Positions 20,261 through 29,538 of a DNA stretch of 64,000 nt are shown piece by piece. The translations under genes were made by a program, and so were the position numbers. Location of the stretch: assembly GCA_031285625.1 (NCBI GenBank), contig JAITVV010000007.1, forward strand, positions 32,001 through 96,000. Reading direction: 5' to 3'. Numbering within the stretch: position 1 is the stretch's first letter; the number at the start of each line of letters is the position of its first letter. The notes beneath the pieces are model-generated. The model was not told where the DNA came from and did no database searches. It worked only from the letters and a program-made list of their open reading frames with translations. This stretch comes from Prevotella sp. Its GTDB lineage: Bacteria > Bacteroidota > Bacteroidia > Bacteroidales > Dysgonomonadaceae.

Positions 20261-23200
20261 CCTGAGTCAGATTTTTGTCAAACATTTTAAATAAGATAGG
20301 CAAAACTACCATTGTAAGAAGGGTTGCTGTAAATAAGCCGCCAATGACTACCGTTGCCAGAGGACGTTGTACTTCCGCTCCTGCCGAAGAAGAAATTGCC
20401 ATAGGAAGGAAACCGAGTGCTGCGGCTGCGGCTGTCAGCGTAACAGGGCGAAGCCTGTCGGTAGTACCTTTCAGTATCAGTTCATCTACATTTTTCATTC
20501 CTCTGTGTTTTAATTCTTTCAGATGCTCTACCAATACAATTCCGTTCAATACAGCAATACCAAACAGAGCAATAAAACCCACTCCTGCCGAAATACTAAA
20601 TGGCATTCCTCTCATCCAGAGCAATAACACACCACCCACAGCCGAAAGAGGTATCGCCGTGAAAACAAGCATCGTCTCTCTCATTGAGCCAAAAGCAAAA
20701 TACAAAAGGATAAAAATGAGGCATAACGCAACAGGAACAGCTATCTTTAAACGGATTATTGCGTTTTGCATATTTTCGAACTGCCCACCGTAAGTCACAT
20801 AGTATCCCGGAGGAAGATTTATTTTCTCAGTAATAATTGCTGAAACATCTTTTACCACACTTTCCATATCGCGGTTACGCACATTCACTCCAATGACAAC
20901 CCGGCGTTTGGTATCGTCACGGGAGATTTTGGCAGGTCCTTCGGTATATTCCACCTTCGCCAGTTCCCGAAGAGGAATTTGTCCACCATTCGGTAGCGGG
21001 ACATACAGATTACGTAAGTCTTCGATATCATTCCGAAGATTTTCTTCCAGACGTATTACCAGATCGAAACGGCGTTCTCCTTCAAATACATTTCCTACAG
21101 TTGTCCCTGCGAAAGATAATGCTACAATATCATTGATGTCGGATATATTCAGGCCGTATTGCGCAATGCGTGTGCGGTTATATTCGACAGTCATTTGCGG
21201 AAGTCCGTCTATTTTTTCTACTATAATGTCGGCAGCACCATCTACATGAGCTATCGCTAACTTAATTTGCTCAGCTTTTTCAGCCAATACGCCTAAATCT
21301 TCTCCGAAAATTTTAATGGCTACATCGGAACGTGTACCCGAGATAAGTTCGTTGAAGCGCATCTCGATAGGTTGGGTAAACTCAATTTCCATGTTTGGGA
21401 TAGTAGCTTCCAGTTCTTCTTTTATCTTGTCGGCTAACTCGTCTTTCGAACTTGCCGATACCCATTCGCTTTTTGGCTTTACTTTTACGATGATGTCGCT
21501 TTCCTCCATCGACATAGGATCGGTAGGTACTTCGGCTGCACCGATACGGCTTACTATTTGCTCTACTTCAGGGAATTTATCCAGAATTGTCTTTTCTATT
21601 AATGTAGTTGTCTCAATTGTCTTTGCTAAAGAAGTCCCTGTTTTGAGAACAGGTTGAATTACAAAATCGCCTTCGTCCAATTGAGGTATAAACTCTCCTC
21701 CCATCCGAGAAAATATAACGAGTGCCAAAATAAGCAAACCAACTGCTCCTGCCAATGTTTTCTTAGTATGCTTTAGAGCCCATGTGATAACAGGTAAATA
21801 AGAACGGGTCAGTAACCTCATTATACGGACTGTTATTCCGTTTCTTTTTTGTACCTGCGGTTTTATAATGAGAGATGAAGCTACGGGAACATAGGTAAGG
21901 CAAAGCAACATTGCCCCTATAAGTGCAAAGCTGAAAGTGAGCGCCATAGGGCGGAACATTTTCCCTTCCACACCCGAAAGAGAGAGTATAGGAATAAATA
22001 CTATTAAGATTATAAATTGTCCGAAGATGGCCGAGTTCATCATTGTAGATGAACTGCTTAGCGTTATCCTGTCAGTTTCTTTCTTTCTGTCGGATATGGG
22101 CAGATGGCTAAGTTTAGAAGCATTTGCCGTCATTTGGGCTGAGACAAATTCTACGATGATGACCGCACCGTCTATAATGATACCGAAATCAATTGCGCCC
22201 AGACTCATCAGGTTGGCGTCTATACCGAATATCCTCATCAGGGAGATGGCGAACAAGAGTGAAAGCGGTATAACTGATGCGACAACAATTCCCGAACGGA
22301 AATTACCAAGTAAAAGCACTACCACAAATACCACAATCAGACATCCCAGAATAAGGTTTTCGGCAACTGTGAAAGTTGTTTTAGCTACCAACTCACTACG
22401 TTCAAGGAATGCATTAATATATACACCTTCGGGAAGGACTTTCTGTACTTCCTCTACACGTTCTTTTACGGCATTGATGGTTTCTTTTGAGTCTGCCCCT
22501 TTGAGCATCATTATCTGACCAAGCACTTTTTCGCCTTCGCCATTGCCTGTGATTGCTCCAAAGCGGTTAGCACTGCCAAAACGTACTGTGGCAATATCTT
22601 TAACTAAGACGGGAATACCATTTTTGACTACAATATTTTCAATATCCGCAATGGAACTTATTTTTCCTTCGCCACGAATGAAATAACTTTGGTTGACTTT
22701 TTCGATATATGCTCCACCAGCAATACTGTTATTCTTCTCTAAAGCATTTACTAAATCGCTGGTAGTTATAGACATTGCCTTCAATCGGGACGGATTGATA
22801 GCGACTTCATATTGTTTAAGATAGCCTCCCCACGTATTGATTTCGACTACTCCGGGAATACCTGACAGTTGTCGTTTTACTATCCAGTCCTGTATAGTGC
22901 GCAGGTCGGCAACGGAATACCTGTCTTTATATTCAGGTTTTACATCTAAAACATATTGATAAATTTCGCCCAATCCTGTTGAAATAGGCCCCATTTCAGG
23001 AGAACCGAAACCTTCGGGTATGAGTTCGGATGCGGTTTTTATCTTTTCGGCTATTAGTTGCCGTGGAAGGTAAGTACCCATACCTTCATCGAAAACAATA
23101 GTTACTACCGACAGCCCGAATTTGGAAACAGAACGTATTTCCTGTACACCTGGCAGGTTAGCCATTTCCATTTCGATGGGGTAAGTAATAAACTGCTCGA

Positions 23201-23381
23201 TATCTTCGGTAGAAAGGTTAGTGGAAGTAGTAATAACCTGTACCTGATTGTTTGTAATATCGGGCACAGCCCCGATGGGTATATGGAATACGGAATAAAT
23301 GCCATACATAAATATGGCTGAAGTAAACAATAAGACAATAAGCTTGCGGTTGAGACTGAACCGTATAATCTTTTCTAACAT
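20244..23381 (-). CDS. czcA: CusA/CzcA heavy-metal RND permease
   Basis: 1045 aa with GAVPDITNNQVQ, AIDFGIIIDGA, RLRPVTLT and GAEVQRPLATVVIGG motifs. Confidence 0.93.
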   Translation of the reverse strand: MLEKIIRFSLNRKLIVLLFTSAIFMYGIYSVFHIPIGAVPDITNNQVQVITTSTNLSTEDIEQFITYPIEMEMANLPGVQEIRSVSKFGLSVVTIVFDEGMGTYLPRQLIAEKIKTASELIPEGFGSPEMGPISTGLGEIYQYVLDVKPEYKDRYSVADLRTIQDWIVKRQLSGIPGVVEINTWGGYLKQYEVAINPSRLKAMSITTSDLVNALEKNNSIAGGAYIEKVNQSYFIRGEGKISSIADIENIVVKNGIPVLVKDIATVRFGSANRFGAITGNGEGEKVLGQIMMLKGADSKETINAVKERVEEVQKVLPEGVYINAFLERSELVAKTTFTVAENLILGCLIVVFVVVLLLGNFRSGIVVASVIPLSLLFAISLMRIFGIDANLMSLGAIDFGIIIDGAVIIVEFVSAQMTANASKLSHLPISDRKKETDRITLSSSSTMMNSAIFGQFIILIVFIPILSLSGVEGKMFRPMALTFSFALIGAMLLCLTYVPVASSLIIKPQVQKRNGITVRIMRLLTRSYLPVITWALKHTKKTLAGAVGLLILALVIFSRMGGEFIPQLDEGDFVIQPVLKTGTSLAKTIETTTLIEKTILDKFPEVEQIVSRIGAAEVPTDPMSMEESDIIVKVKPKSEWVSASSKDELADKIKEELEATIPNMEIEFTQPIEMRFNELISGTRSDVAIKIFGEDLGVLAEKAEQIKLAIAHVDGAADIIVEKIDGLPQMTVEYNRTRIAQYGLNISDINDIVALSFAGTTVGNVFEGERRFDLVIRLEENLRNDIEDLRNLYVPLPNGGQIPLRELAKVEYTEGPAKISRDDTKRRVVIGVNVRNRDMESVVKDVSAIITEKINLPPGYYVTYGGQFENMQNAIIRLKIAVPVALCLIFILLYFAFGSMRETMLVFTAIPLSAVGGVLLLWMRGMPFSISAGVGFIALFGIAVLNGIVLVEHLKELKHRGMKNVDELILKGTTDRLRPVTLTAAAAALGFLPMAISSSAGAEVQRPLATVVIGGLFTATLLTMVVLPILFKMFDKNLTQDEEDI

Positions 23382-23413
23382 TTACCTTTTCTTTTACCTG
23401 TTTTAATAACAAA

Positions 23414-23462
23414 CAAAATTAGAGGTATGTTAAAATAGTTTGCTTAAGATTTGCTTAAGATT
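23414..23462 (-). promoter_or_regulatory. Direct-repeat operator plus -7 promoter for RND system 3
   Basis: AATCTTAAGCA twice (+ strand 23441-23451 and 23452-23462). TAATTTTG on the - strand at 23414-23421. Confidence 0.7.
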
Positions 23463-24840
23463 GGGGAATCTTTAGTTTGACTGTAGTCCCGTCACCCTCT
23501 TTGCTGAACAGTTCTATCTGAATATTGAGAAGTGAACAGAATCTTTTCACGATGGATAATCCTAAGCCAAAGCCTTTGATGTCAGCGTGATCGGTAGAAC
23601 GGTAAAACTTATCGAAAATCTTTCCCTTGTCTTTTTCGGGAATACCTATGCCGTTATCCTTAATTTCGCAGAAAATATATTTATCCTGTTCTTTGACCTT
23701 AATCTCGATTTCTCCATCCTGATGCGAATACTTAATAGCATTGGAAAGAATATTATTGATGATGGTAGATAACAGGTATACATCAGTTTTCAATAAGATG
23801 TTCTCAGGTAAAATATCAGTTTTTATATGGATATTTTTCTGTTGTATATTTTCAGAGAAAAACTTAATAATTTCATCGATAGTCTGCTTAATATTTATAT
23901 CTTCTGGCTTTAAAGTTTGCTTTTGGTTTTCATACCGGGTAAGGATAAGCAATTCATCTACCAGATGATTTAAGCGGTCAATTTCTTTAACACAATATCT
24001 TACTTTTTTTTCGTATTCTTCCTGTTGACGCGGTTTCCGAATAAGTACTTCAAGAGTCCCTTTCAGTACAGCCAAAGGTGTGCGGAATTCGTGCGAAGCA
24101 TACGATGTAAAAGATTTTTCCCGTTCTATTGCTTTTTCTATACGGTCGAGAAGCTGATTGATAGTATCCGAAAGAATATACAACTCGTCTTTGTTGTGAG
24201 GTAGAGGAATACGCTCTGTCAGGTTATCCCGTGTGATTTTATTGGACGTATTTATTATTTCATTGATTGGCTTGATACTTCTGCCGGCAATAAAACGGGC
24301 CACGAAAAACAATATTATGAGAATTACAGGAAAGGTGATAAGCATAATATGCCTTAACGTTTCCAAAACGACCTCCGAACCTTCACGGGCAACTGCCACT
24401 AAAAGATGGCCTACACGTTTTCCGTTCTCATCCAAAATCGGAACCTGTACCTGCCTTATTCGCTTTTCGGCAAGTTCGCCATTAAAAAAGACATTATCTT
24501 TTTGGGTCGAATCATATAATAAATGGCTTTCTTTCAGGTTGGGAGATTTATCTATAAGATTGCCATCTATATCGAGGAACTCAATAAATACAGGATCAAC
24601 GCCAACTGTATTATGTTCTCTTTCCATCCATTCCTTATGTCTCTTCAAAGCGATTTTCCCATCTTTGACTTCTACCTCCTGCGAATGACGGTCTACTTCG
24701 CGTTGCAAATCTTCATTCAGATGACCTGACACACTAAATTCCACAACCAGATATATAGTGACAAATACAAAACCAATCAGCAAAGCCGTTGTGATTATGT
24801 AATTGAGAGCGATCCTATTCCTAAATGAAAAATTCTGCAT
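23455..24840 (-). CDS. HAMP-domain sensor histidine kinase
   Basis: Two TM segments, SHEFRTPL, NILSNAIKYS, DNGIGIP and GFGLGL motifs. Confidence 0.92.
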   Translation of the reverse strand: MQNFSFRNRIALNYIITTALLIGFVFVTIYLVVEFSVSGHLNEDLQREVDRHSQEVEVKDGKIALKRHKEWMEREHNTVGVDPVFIEFLDIDGNLIDKSPNLKESHLLYDSTQKDNVFFNGELAEKRIRQVQVPILDENGKRVGHLLVAVAREGSEVVLETLRHIMLITFPVILIILFFVARFIAGRSIKPINEIINTSNKITRDNLTERIPLPHNKDELYILSDTINQLLDRIEKAIEREKSFTSYASHEFRTPLAVLKGTLEVLIRKPRQQEEYEKKVRYCVKEIDRLNHLVDELLILTRYENQKQTLKPEDINIKQTIDEIIKFFSENIQQKNIHIKTDILPENILLKTDVYLLSTIINNILSNAIKYSHQDGEIEIKVKEQDKYIFCEIKDNGIGIPEKDKGKIFDKFYRSTDHADIKGFGLGLSIVKRFCSLLNIQIELFSKEGDGTTVKLKIPQS

Positions 24841-24842
24841 AT

Positions 24843-25508
24843 CTAATCGTTAGCTATATATCCTACTCCTCTGATGGTTTTGATATATCCGTTGTCTTTA
24901 TCCAAATTGAGTTTCTTACGTATGGCATTAATAAATACGTCTATTACACCAGTGTCATATTCAAAATTAATACCCCATACTTTCTCTATAATTTCATCCC
25001 TTTTGCACACACTTCCCTTATTTTTAATAAGGAATTCCAACAATTCAAACTCTCGCTGCGTAAGGGCAACATCCAGAGAATCGACCTTTACTTCATATGT
25101 TTTTAGGTTAAGAGAAATATTACCCAAAGTAAGGTTTGATCTTCCTTTATAATTTCGAAAATGAATTTTTATTCTTTCCAGCAATTCTTCAAAGCTAAAC
25201 GGCTTTTTGATATAATCATTTGCACCCGACTGTAACCCTTCTATTGTTTCCTGTATTGTATCTTTAGCAGTCAAAAACAGAATAGGTACCTCAGCATCTA
25301 TTTCACGGATCGATTTACACACTTCAATCCCTGTCATTTGGGGTAACATCCAGTCAAGAAGAATAAGGTCAGGCTTCTCCGATTGGAAAAGTTCGATCCC
25401 TTGTTTACCGTTCGTGGCAATAGCTACCCTGTAACCTTCTTCTTCAAGTCCCTGCTTCAGAAAATTCCAGATTCCCGGCTCATCTTCTATGATAATGATA
25501 TACTGCAT
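24843..25508 (-). CDS. OmpR-family response regulator
   Basis: IEDE, LDWMLP, GANDYIKKPF and LTQREF motifs. ATG at 25508 is preferred because the TTG at 25517 lies inside the -7 box TATCTTTG (25515-25522). Confidence 0.9.
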   Translation of the reverse strand: MQYIIIIEDEPGIWNFLKQGLEEEGYRVAIATNGKQGIELFQSEKPDLILLDWMLPQMTGIEVCKSIREIDAEVPILFLTAKDTIQETIEGLQSGANDYIKKPFSFEELLERIKIHFRNYKGRSNLTLGNISLNLKTYEVKVDSLDVALTQREFELLEFLIKNKGSVCKRDEIIEKVWGINFEYDTGVIDVFINAIRKKLNLDKDNGYIKTIRGVGYIAND

Positions 25509-25585
25509 AATGTGCAAAGATATGATAAATATGTTTTATAATTTAATCTTCTTGATAAGATAGAAGGTTAAGACAATCATGAGTA

Positions 25586-25921
25586 CTATAAATTAAAAGT
25601 CTCATCTATAGCCTTTACAATTTCTACATGTATATCAATTTTATCTCCTATAAAACGAGGTACATTATCTATTGTTTTTTTAAATAAAGTAGATGCAAAA
25701 TCCGGGCAATTCTTCAATTCACTTGATGTAATTTTATAAGAACCTCTCAGCCTATTATTATTCCATCTGTAAATTGAAATAAAATACAATTTCATATTTC
25801 TCTCTATAAAGCAAATTAGCTCCACATTACCAACAATTTTGTTATATACACAACTAGTATTCTTTTCTTCTTTTTTAAAATCATGAAGAGCTAATTCGTG
25901 TTCTATATACCGAATGATCAT
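25586..25921 (-). CDS. Hypothetical protein (111 aa)
   Basis: ATG-started ORF in AT-rich DNA, with an ECF-like promoter about 40 nt upstream. No family recognised. Confidence 0.6.
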   Translation of the reverse strand: MIIRYIEHELALHDFKKEEKNTSCVYNKIVGNVELICFIERNMKLYFISIYRWNNNRLRGSYKITSSELKNCPDFASTLFKKTIDNVPRFIGDKIDIHVEIVKAIDETFNL

Positions 25922-25962
25922 ATCTAATATAATTTTATGTAATCAGGGAAATATATTATATT

Positions 25963-25987
25963 AACAAATAAACAACTCCTCTTGTTC
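25963..25987 (-). promoter_or_regulatory. ECF-sigma-like promoter copy 1
   Basis: - strand GAACAAGAGGAGTTGTTTATTTGTT fits RAAC-N17-YGTT. Confidence 0.6.
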
Positions 25988-26557
25988 ATAGCCCTTTCAA
26001 GAGAACATCATATATCATACATATTATCAATAAATTAGATTACACCACAATGAATTAACAAATTTATCACTCGATAAAAAACTGTGAATAATAATAACTA
26101 TTAATTTGTTATAAATAGTTAATTGCATCTTTTTATCAAAGATTATTTACCAAAATTTTATCAAAAAATGTACTGTTGTTAACATTAAGGTATTAAAAAC
26201 CTATACAATTTTATCAAATTTAACATTATTTAATATTTAAAACCGTATAAAAATAGGTCTCTTTCATATTAATTAACATATTTATAGCTAATAAATCATA
26301 CACTATTGCAACCTCCTTATTCGCAAATTATTTCACTTAATATACAACTATACACAAATGATTTATTCTTTGAGAAATCACTGTTCCAGCGCTTATTCTT
26401 TCTCTCTTACTAAATATTTCCTGAAATTAAATATTCACAACATCTATCTTTATTTACGAAGAATAGAGCATATTTATTTTTTTTATAGATGAAAAAATTT
26501 ACATAAAACACTGTTGAGATATAAAAAGTTCAAGTTAAACACAACTAAATATTCCAT

Positions 26558-26582
26558 AAACAATACACTGAAAAATACTGTT
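26558..26582 (+). promoter_or_regulatory. ECF-sigma-like promoter copy 2
   Basis: AAACAATACACTGAAAAATACTGTT, upstream of the glsB-like gene and the pilus operon. Confidence 0.6.
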
Positions 26583-26763
26583 AAAAACTACGAAAATCAA
26601 ATGTGATTAGAATCAAAAAAACGTAAGAAAGATATAAAATCATCTTATCATATTTTTCTATCTGAGTATTTCAGGTATAAACTATTTTGTGCCTAATTTG
26701 ATTAAGAGCATTCACAAACACAAAATAAACAACTGATTTTAAATCATTTAATATAAATAAATT

Positions 26764-27027
26764 ATGGAAGGATTAGGTATTATTTGGTCGATTATAATCG
26801 GCATTCTGGCTGGAGCTATTGCAGGCTGGCTAATGAAAGGGAGCGGTTTCGGATGGATTATGAATCTGGTTGTGGGACTGGTAGGCAGTGTGCTTGGTGG
26901 CTGGATTTACGGTTTACTTGGATTTCACACAGATAGTATATTAGGTGTACTCCTAATGTCGATAGTAGGTGCTGTAGTATTATTAGGTATACTATCGTTG
27001 TTTATGAGAATTAGAAATAGAGATTAA
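26764..27027 (+). CDS. GlsB/YeaQ/YmgE family stress-response membrane protein (transglycosylase-associated)
   Basis: Three Gly-rich TM helices: IIGILAGAIA, VGLVGSVLGG and SIVGAVVLL. Confidence 0.9.
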   Translation: MEGLGIIWSIIIGILAGAIAGWLMKGSGFGWIMNLVVGLVGSVLGGWIYGLLGFHTDSILGVLLMSIVGAVVLLGILSLFMRIRNRD

Positions 27028-27047
27028 ATAACTAAAAAAATTAAATT

Positions 27048-27257
27048 ATGAAAAAAGTAATTATGGGTACGGTTGCCGGTATAGCTACTGGATATTTTCT
27101 TCGCAAAATTCAGGAAAGAGCATATTTTCATGAAATGTGTGATGATATAAGCGGATTAGGGTTTAAGGCAAAAAAGAAGTTCAAAAATGCAATGGACAGA
27201 GGAATGAATGAGGCTGAATATATAAAGGATCAAGTCGAAAGTAAAGCAAACAAATAA
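27048..27257 (+). CDS. Small YtxH-like membrane-anchored protein
   Basis: N-terminal GTVAGIATGY anchor followed by a charged helical tail. Confidence 0.65.
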   Translation: MKKVIMGTVAGIATGYFLRKIQERAYFHEMCDDISGLGFKAKKKFKNAMDRGMNEAEYIKDQVESKANK

Positions 27258-27309
27258 CTAAAATCAAGAGGTGGGGAAAGTTTAATATTAATAATAAAAA
27301 AAAACAGAA

Positions 27310-28494
27310 ATGAAGACTTCACTTACTATTATTTTCATGGTATTCGTAGGTTTATTAATGACTGCCTGCCAAAGTGAGAATGATGATTTAAACATCGGTA
27401 CTGATACTGGAATAGAAGGTAAAACATCAGTAAAATTTGAATTAGATGCAAGTGCAATTGGTTATGAAGTATCAACTAAAGCAGCACAATTTTCCCCAAC
27501 CTATACGAAAGATGGATTTAGTATTTATGCCTTCAGGCAAGGAGTTGGAGGAACAGATTATGTATATGAAAAAACAATTAGCCTGACTAATCTAAGTTAC
27601 TCTTCTTCAACAAAAAAATTAACGGGTAGCGATTTATTACCTATCGGTACGTACAAATTTTTGCCTGTCTATGGACTAGCTAATCAATCAACTCTGCTGA
27701 CTATACCTACATGGAGCACTCAAACATTAAGTAACGATTTTACAATCAAATATAGTGGAGGCAGAGGCTTAACAGAAATATTTCTGCCTATCACCATAGG
27801 AAACATCGACGCACTAACCTCATATGATATGGGATTAACAAGTACTGCTAACGAAACAGTTACAGCCTCTTTACAAAGGGCAGTATCACGTGTGGATGTT
27901 ATGTTTATCAAAGCTACAAAAGCCGATGATGGTACATATACAGAAACTGCTTATCCTACCGGCAAAGACGTATTTGGTCAAAAAGCCATAAAAACATTGC
28001 AAATGCGTTATAAAGGGCTAAATAATCTGATGAGTTTCTTTGGGACAAACCTCACTACTACTGTTTTCAATGCAAACATAAACCTCGACCTTTCAAAGAA
28101 TATTATTCTTAAAGGAGAGCATCCGACAGAAACAGCTATAGGTAAAGGGTCTTATCTGAGCTATGATAACATTAGTTCTAATGACTTGATATTCGGAGGA
28201 GCACACATATTTGGAAATTATTTATTCCCTAATAGTACTGCAGATAAAACAACTTCCTTAGAAATATATATTGAGCCGGAAGGTGGGATTGGAAGAACAA
28301 TAAATGTAAGTTATGACAATGATCATAAATTGCCAATAGAACGAAACAAAGTAACAATTGTGAAAATCTATGTATTAGACAGTGATCCTGATAATCCAAA
28401 TCCACCGACAGTATTTGATACCACAGTTAATTTTGAGGTAGAAATCGAAACAGTTTGGAATGGTAGTAATGAAGTTACAGGAGAGATAAACTAA
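27310..28494 (+). CDS. Type V pilin lipoprotein (FimB/Mfa2-like fold), probable major subunit
   Basis: Lipobox LMTAC with acidic export signal, STKAA processing-like site, LQRAVSRV, ERNKVT and C-terminal FEVEIETVW strand. Confidence 0.78.
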   Translation: MKTSLTIIFMVFVGLLMTACQSENDDLNIGTDTGIEGKTSVKFELDASAIGYEVSTKAAQFSPTYTKDGFSIYAFRQGVGGTDYVYEKTISLTNLSYSSSTKKLTGSDLLPIGTYKFLPVYGLANQSTLLTIPTWSTQTLSNDFTIKYSGGRGLTEIFLPITIGNIDALTSYDMGLTSTANETVTASLQRAVSRVDVMFIKATKADDGTYTETAYPTGKDVFGQKAIKTLQMRYKGLNNLMSFFGTNLTTTVFNANINLDLSKNIILKGEHPTETAIGKGSYLSYDNISSNDLIFGGAHIFGNYLFPNSTADKTTSLEIYIEPEGGIGRTINVSYDNDHKLPIERNKVTIVKIYVLDSDPDNPNPPTVFDTTVNFEVEIETVWNGSNEVTGEIN

Positions 28495-28558
28495 TATCAC
28501 TTTCCGAAATAGATAAATGTATTAATAAGTTTTTACAAGAGATTAAAACCGAAACAAC

Positions 28559-29518
28559 ATGAAAAAACGCTATTATATAATATGGATGTGGATGTTGATT
28601 GTCTTGCTAACAGCATGTAGCAATAAAGATGAAGATGTGTTTGATCATGGTAATCCTACACTGGATCACAAAAGTGAGGCCATAACTTTTTCCCAGGAAA
28701 TGGGAGGTGTTTCGGTTTTAATTTTCAATGAAAGCAATGATAACTTTAAATATCTGAGAAGTATTGTTTCCGGCTGGTCTACTGATGGTAAAGTCTCGAC
28801 TCGATTAAATTTAGGTAAATATAAGTTTTTGTTCTTAAAGTCAGCCGGAACAAGTACTTCTCTATATCCTGCTTCATTTGATGATAACACATCCTTTGAT
28901 GACATAAAAATCATAGCTAAAACTGATACCCAAAATGAAAATTATGTTCTACCTGTTGACGAAATATGGTTGCCTGAAACGGAGGAGTTAGCCAAAACCA
29001 TTTATACAATAGTAGATGAAACCACTGTTCAGAATAAACTGACCCGTGCAGTAAGCCAAATAATAGTTCATGTAAAACGTGTAGCGAACGAAAGTGGAAA
29101 GATAACAGAACTTCCATTTCCTCCCGGAAAAAACATTACAGATGATATTAAAGAAATAAAACTTGATATAAATGGTGTCGGAGAAGCTGTAAATATCAGA
29201 GGAGGAATAGGATCTACAAAAACAAAAGATATCTTAGATGAAGTAACTGATATTGATGATTACGGATTTGCGACATATAATGGTCCATTTGTTTTTCCTA
29301 AAGAAACAGCCGGACAAAGTACAATAAATATATCAGTTATACCTTCTGAAGACAGTGTATTTCCAGATATGAATACTTCTGTAAACGGCCGGCTCGAAAG
29401 AAATAAGAAGCTGGAAATTACACTCTTGGTAACTGCAACATATCAACTCATAGATATTACTGTGGACACAAATCCTATGAAAGAAATAGCCCAGGGTGAT
29501 TCTGGAATATGGGAATAA
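28559..29518 (+). CDS. Type V pilin lipoprotein (FimB/Mfa2 family)
   Basis: Lipobox LTAC, GKYKFL, LTRAVSQI, GPFVFP and LERNKKLEI motifs. Confidence 0.78.
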   Translation: MKKRYYIIWMWMLIVLLTACSNKDEDVFDHGNPTLDHKSEAITFSQEMGGVSVLIFNESNDNFKYLRSIVSGWSTDGKVSTRLNLGKYKFLFLKSAGTSTSLYPASFDDNTSFDDIKIIAKTDTQNENYVLPVDEIWLPETEELAKTIYTIVDETTVQNKLTRAVSQIIVHVKRVANESGKITELPFPPGKNITDDIKEIKLDINGVGEAVNIRGGIGSTKTKDILDEVTDIDDYGFATYNGPFVFPKETAGQSTINISVIPSEDSVFPDMNTSVNGRLERNKKLEITLLVTATYQLIDITVDTNPMKEIAQGDSGIWE

Positions 29519-29538
29519 TAAAGCTTAAAAGAAAAAGG

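Noticed and set aside
13395-22518. Long antisense ORFs opposite RND genes (e.g. 13395-13934, 20275-20793, 21937-22518)
   Set aside because: These are shadow frames of hydrophobic TM-coding sequence, lying fully inside well-supported genes. The same applies to 41977-42612 opposite the OmpA gene.
25922-26763. Invertible (phase-variable) promoter for the pilus operon
   Set aside because: No convincing long inverted-repeat pair seen by eye and no recombinase in the window. An einverted run would settle it.
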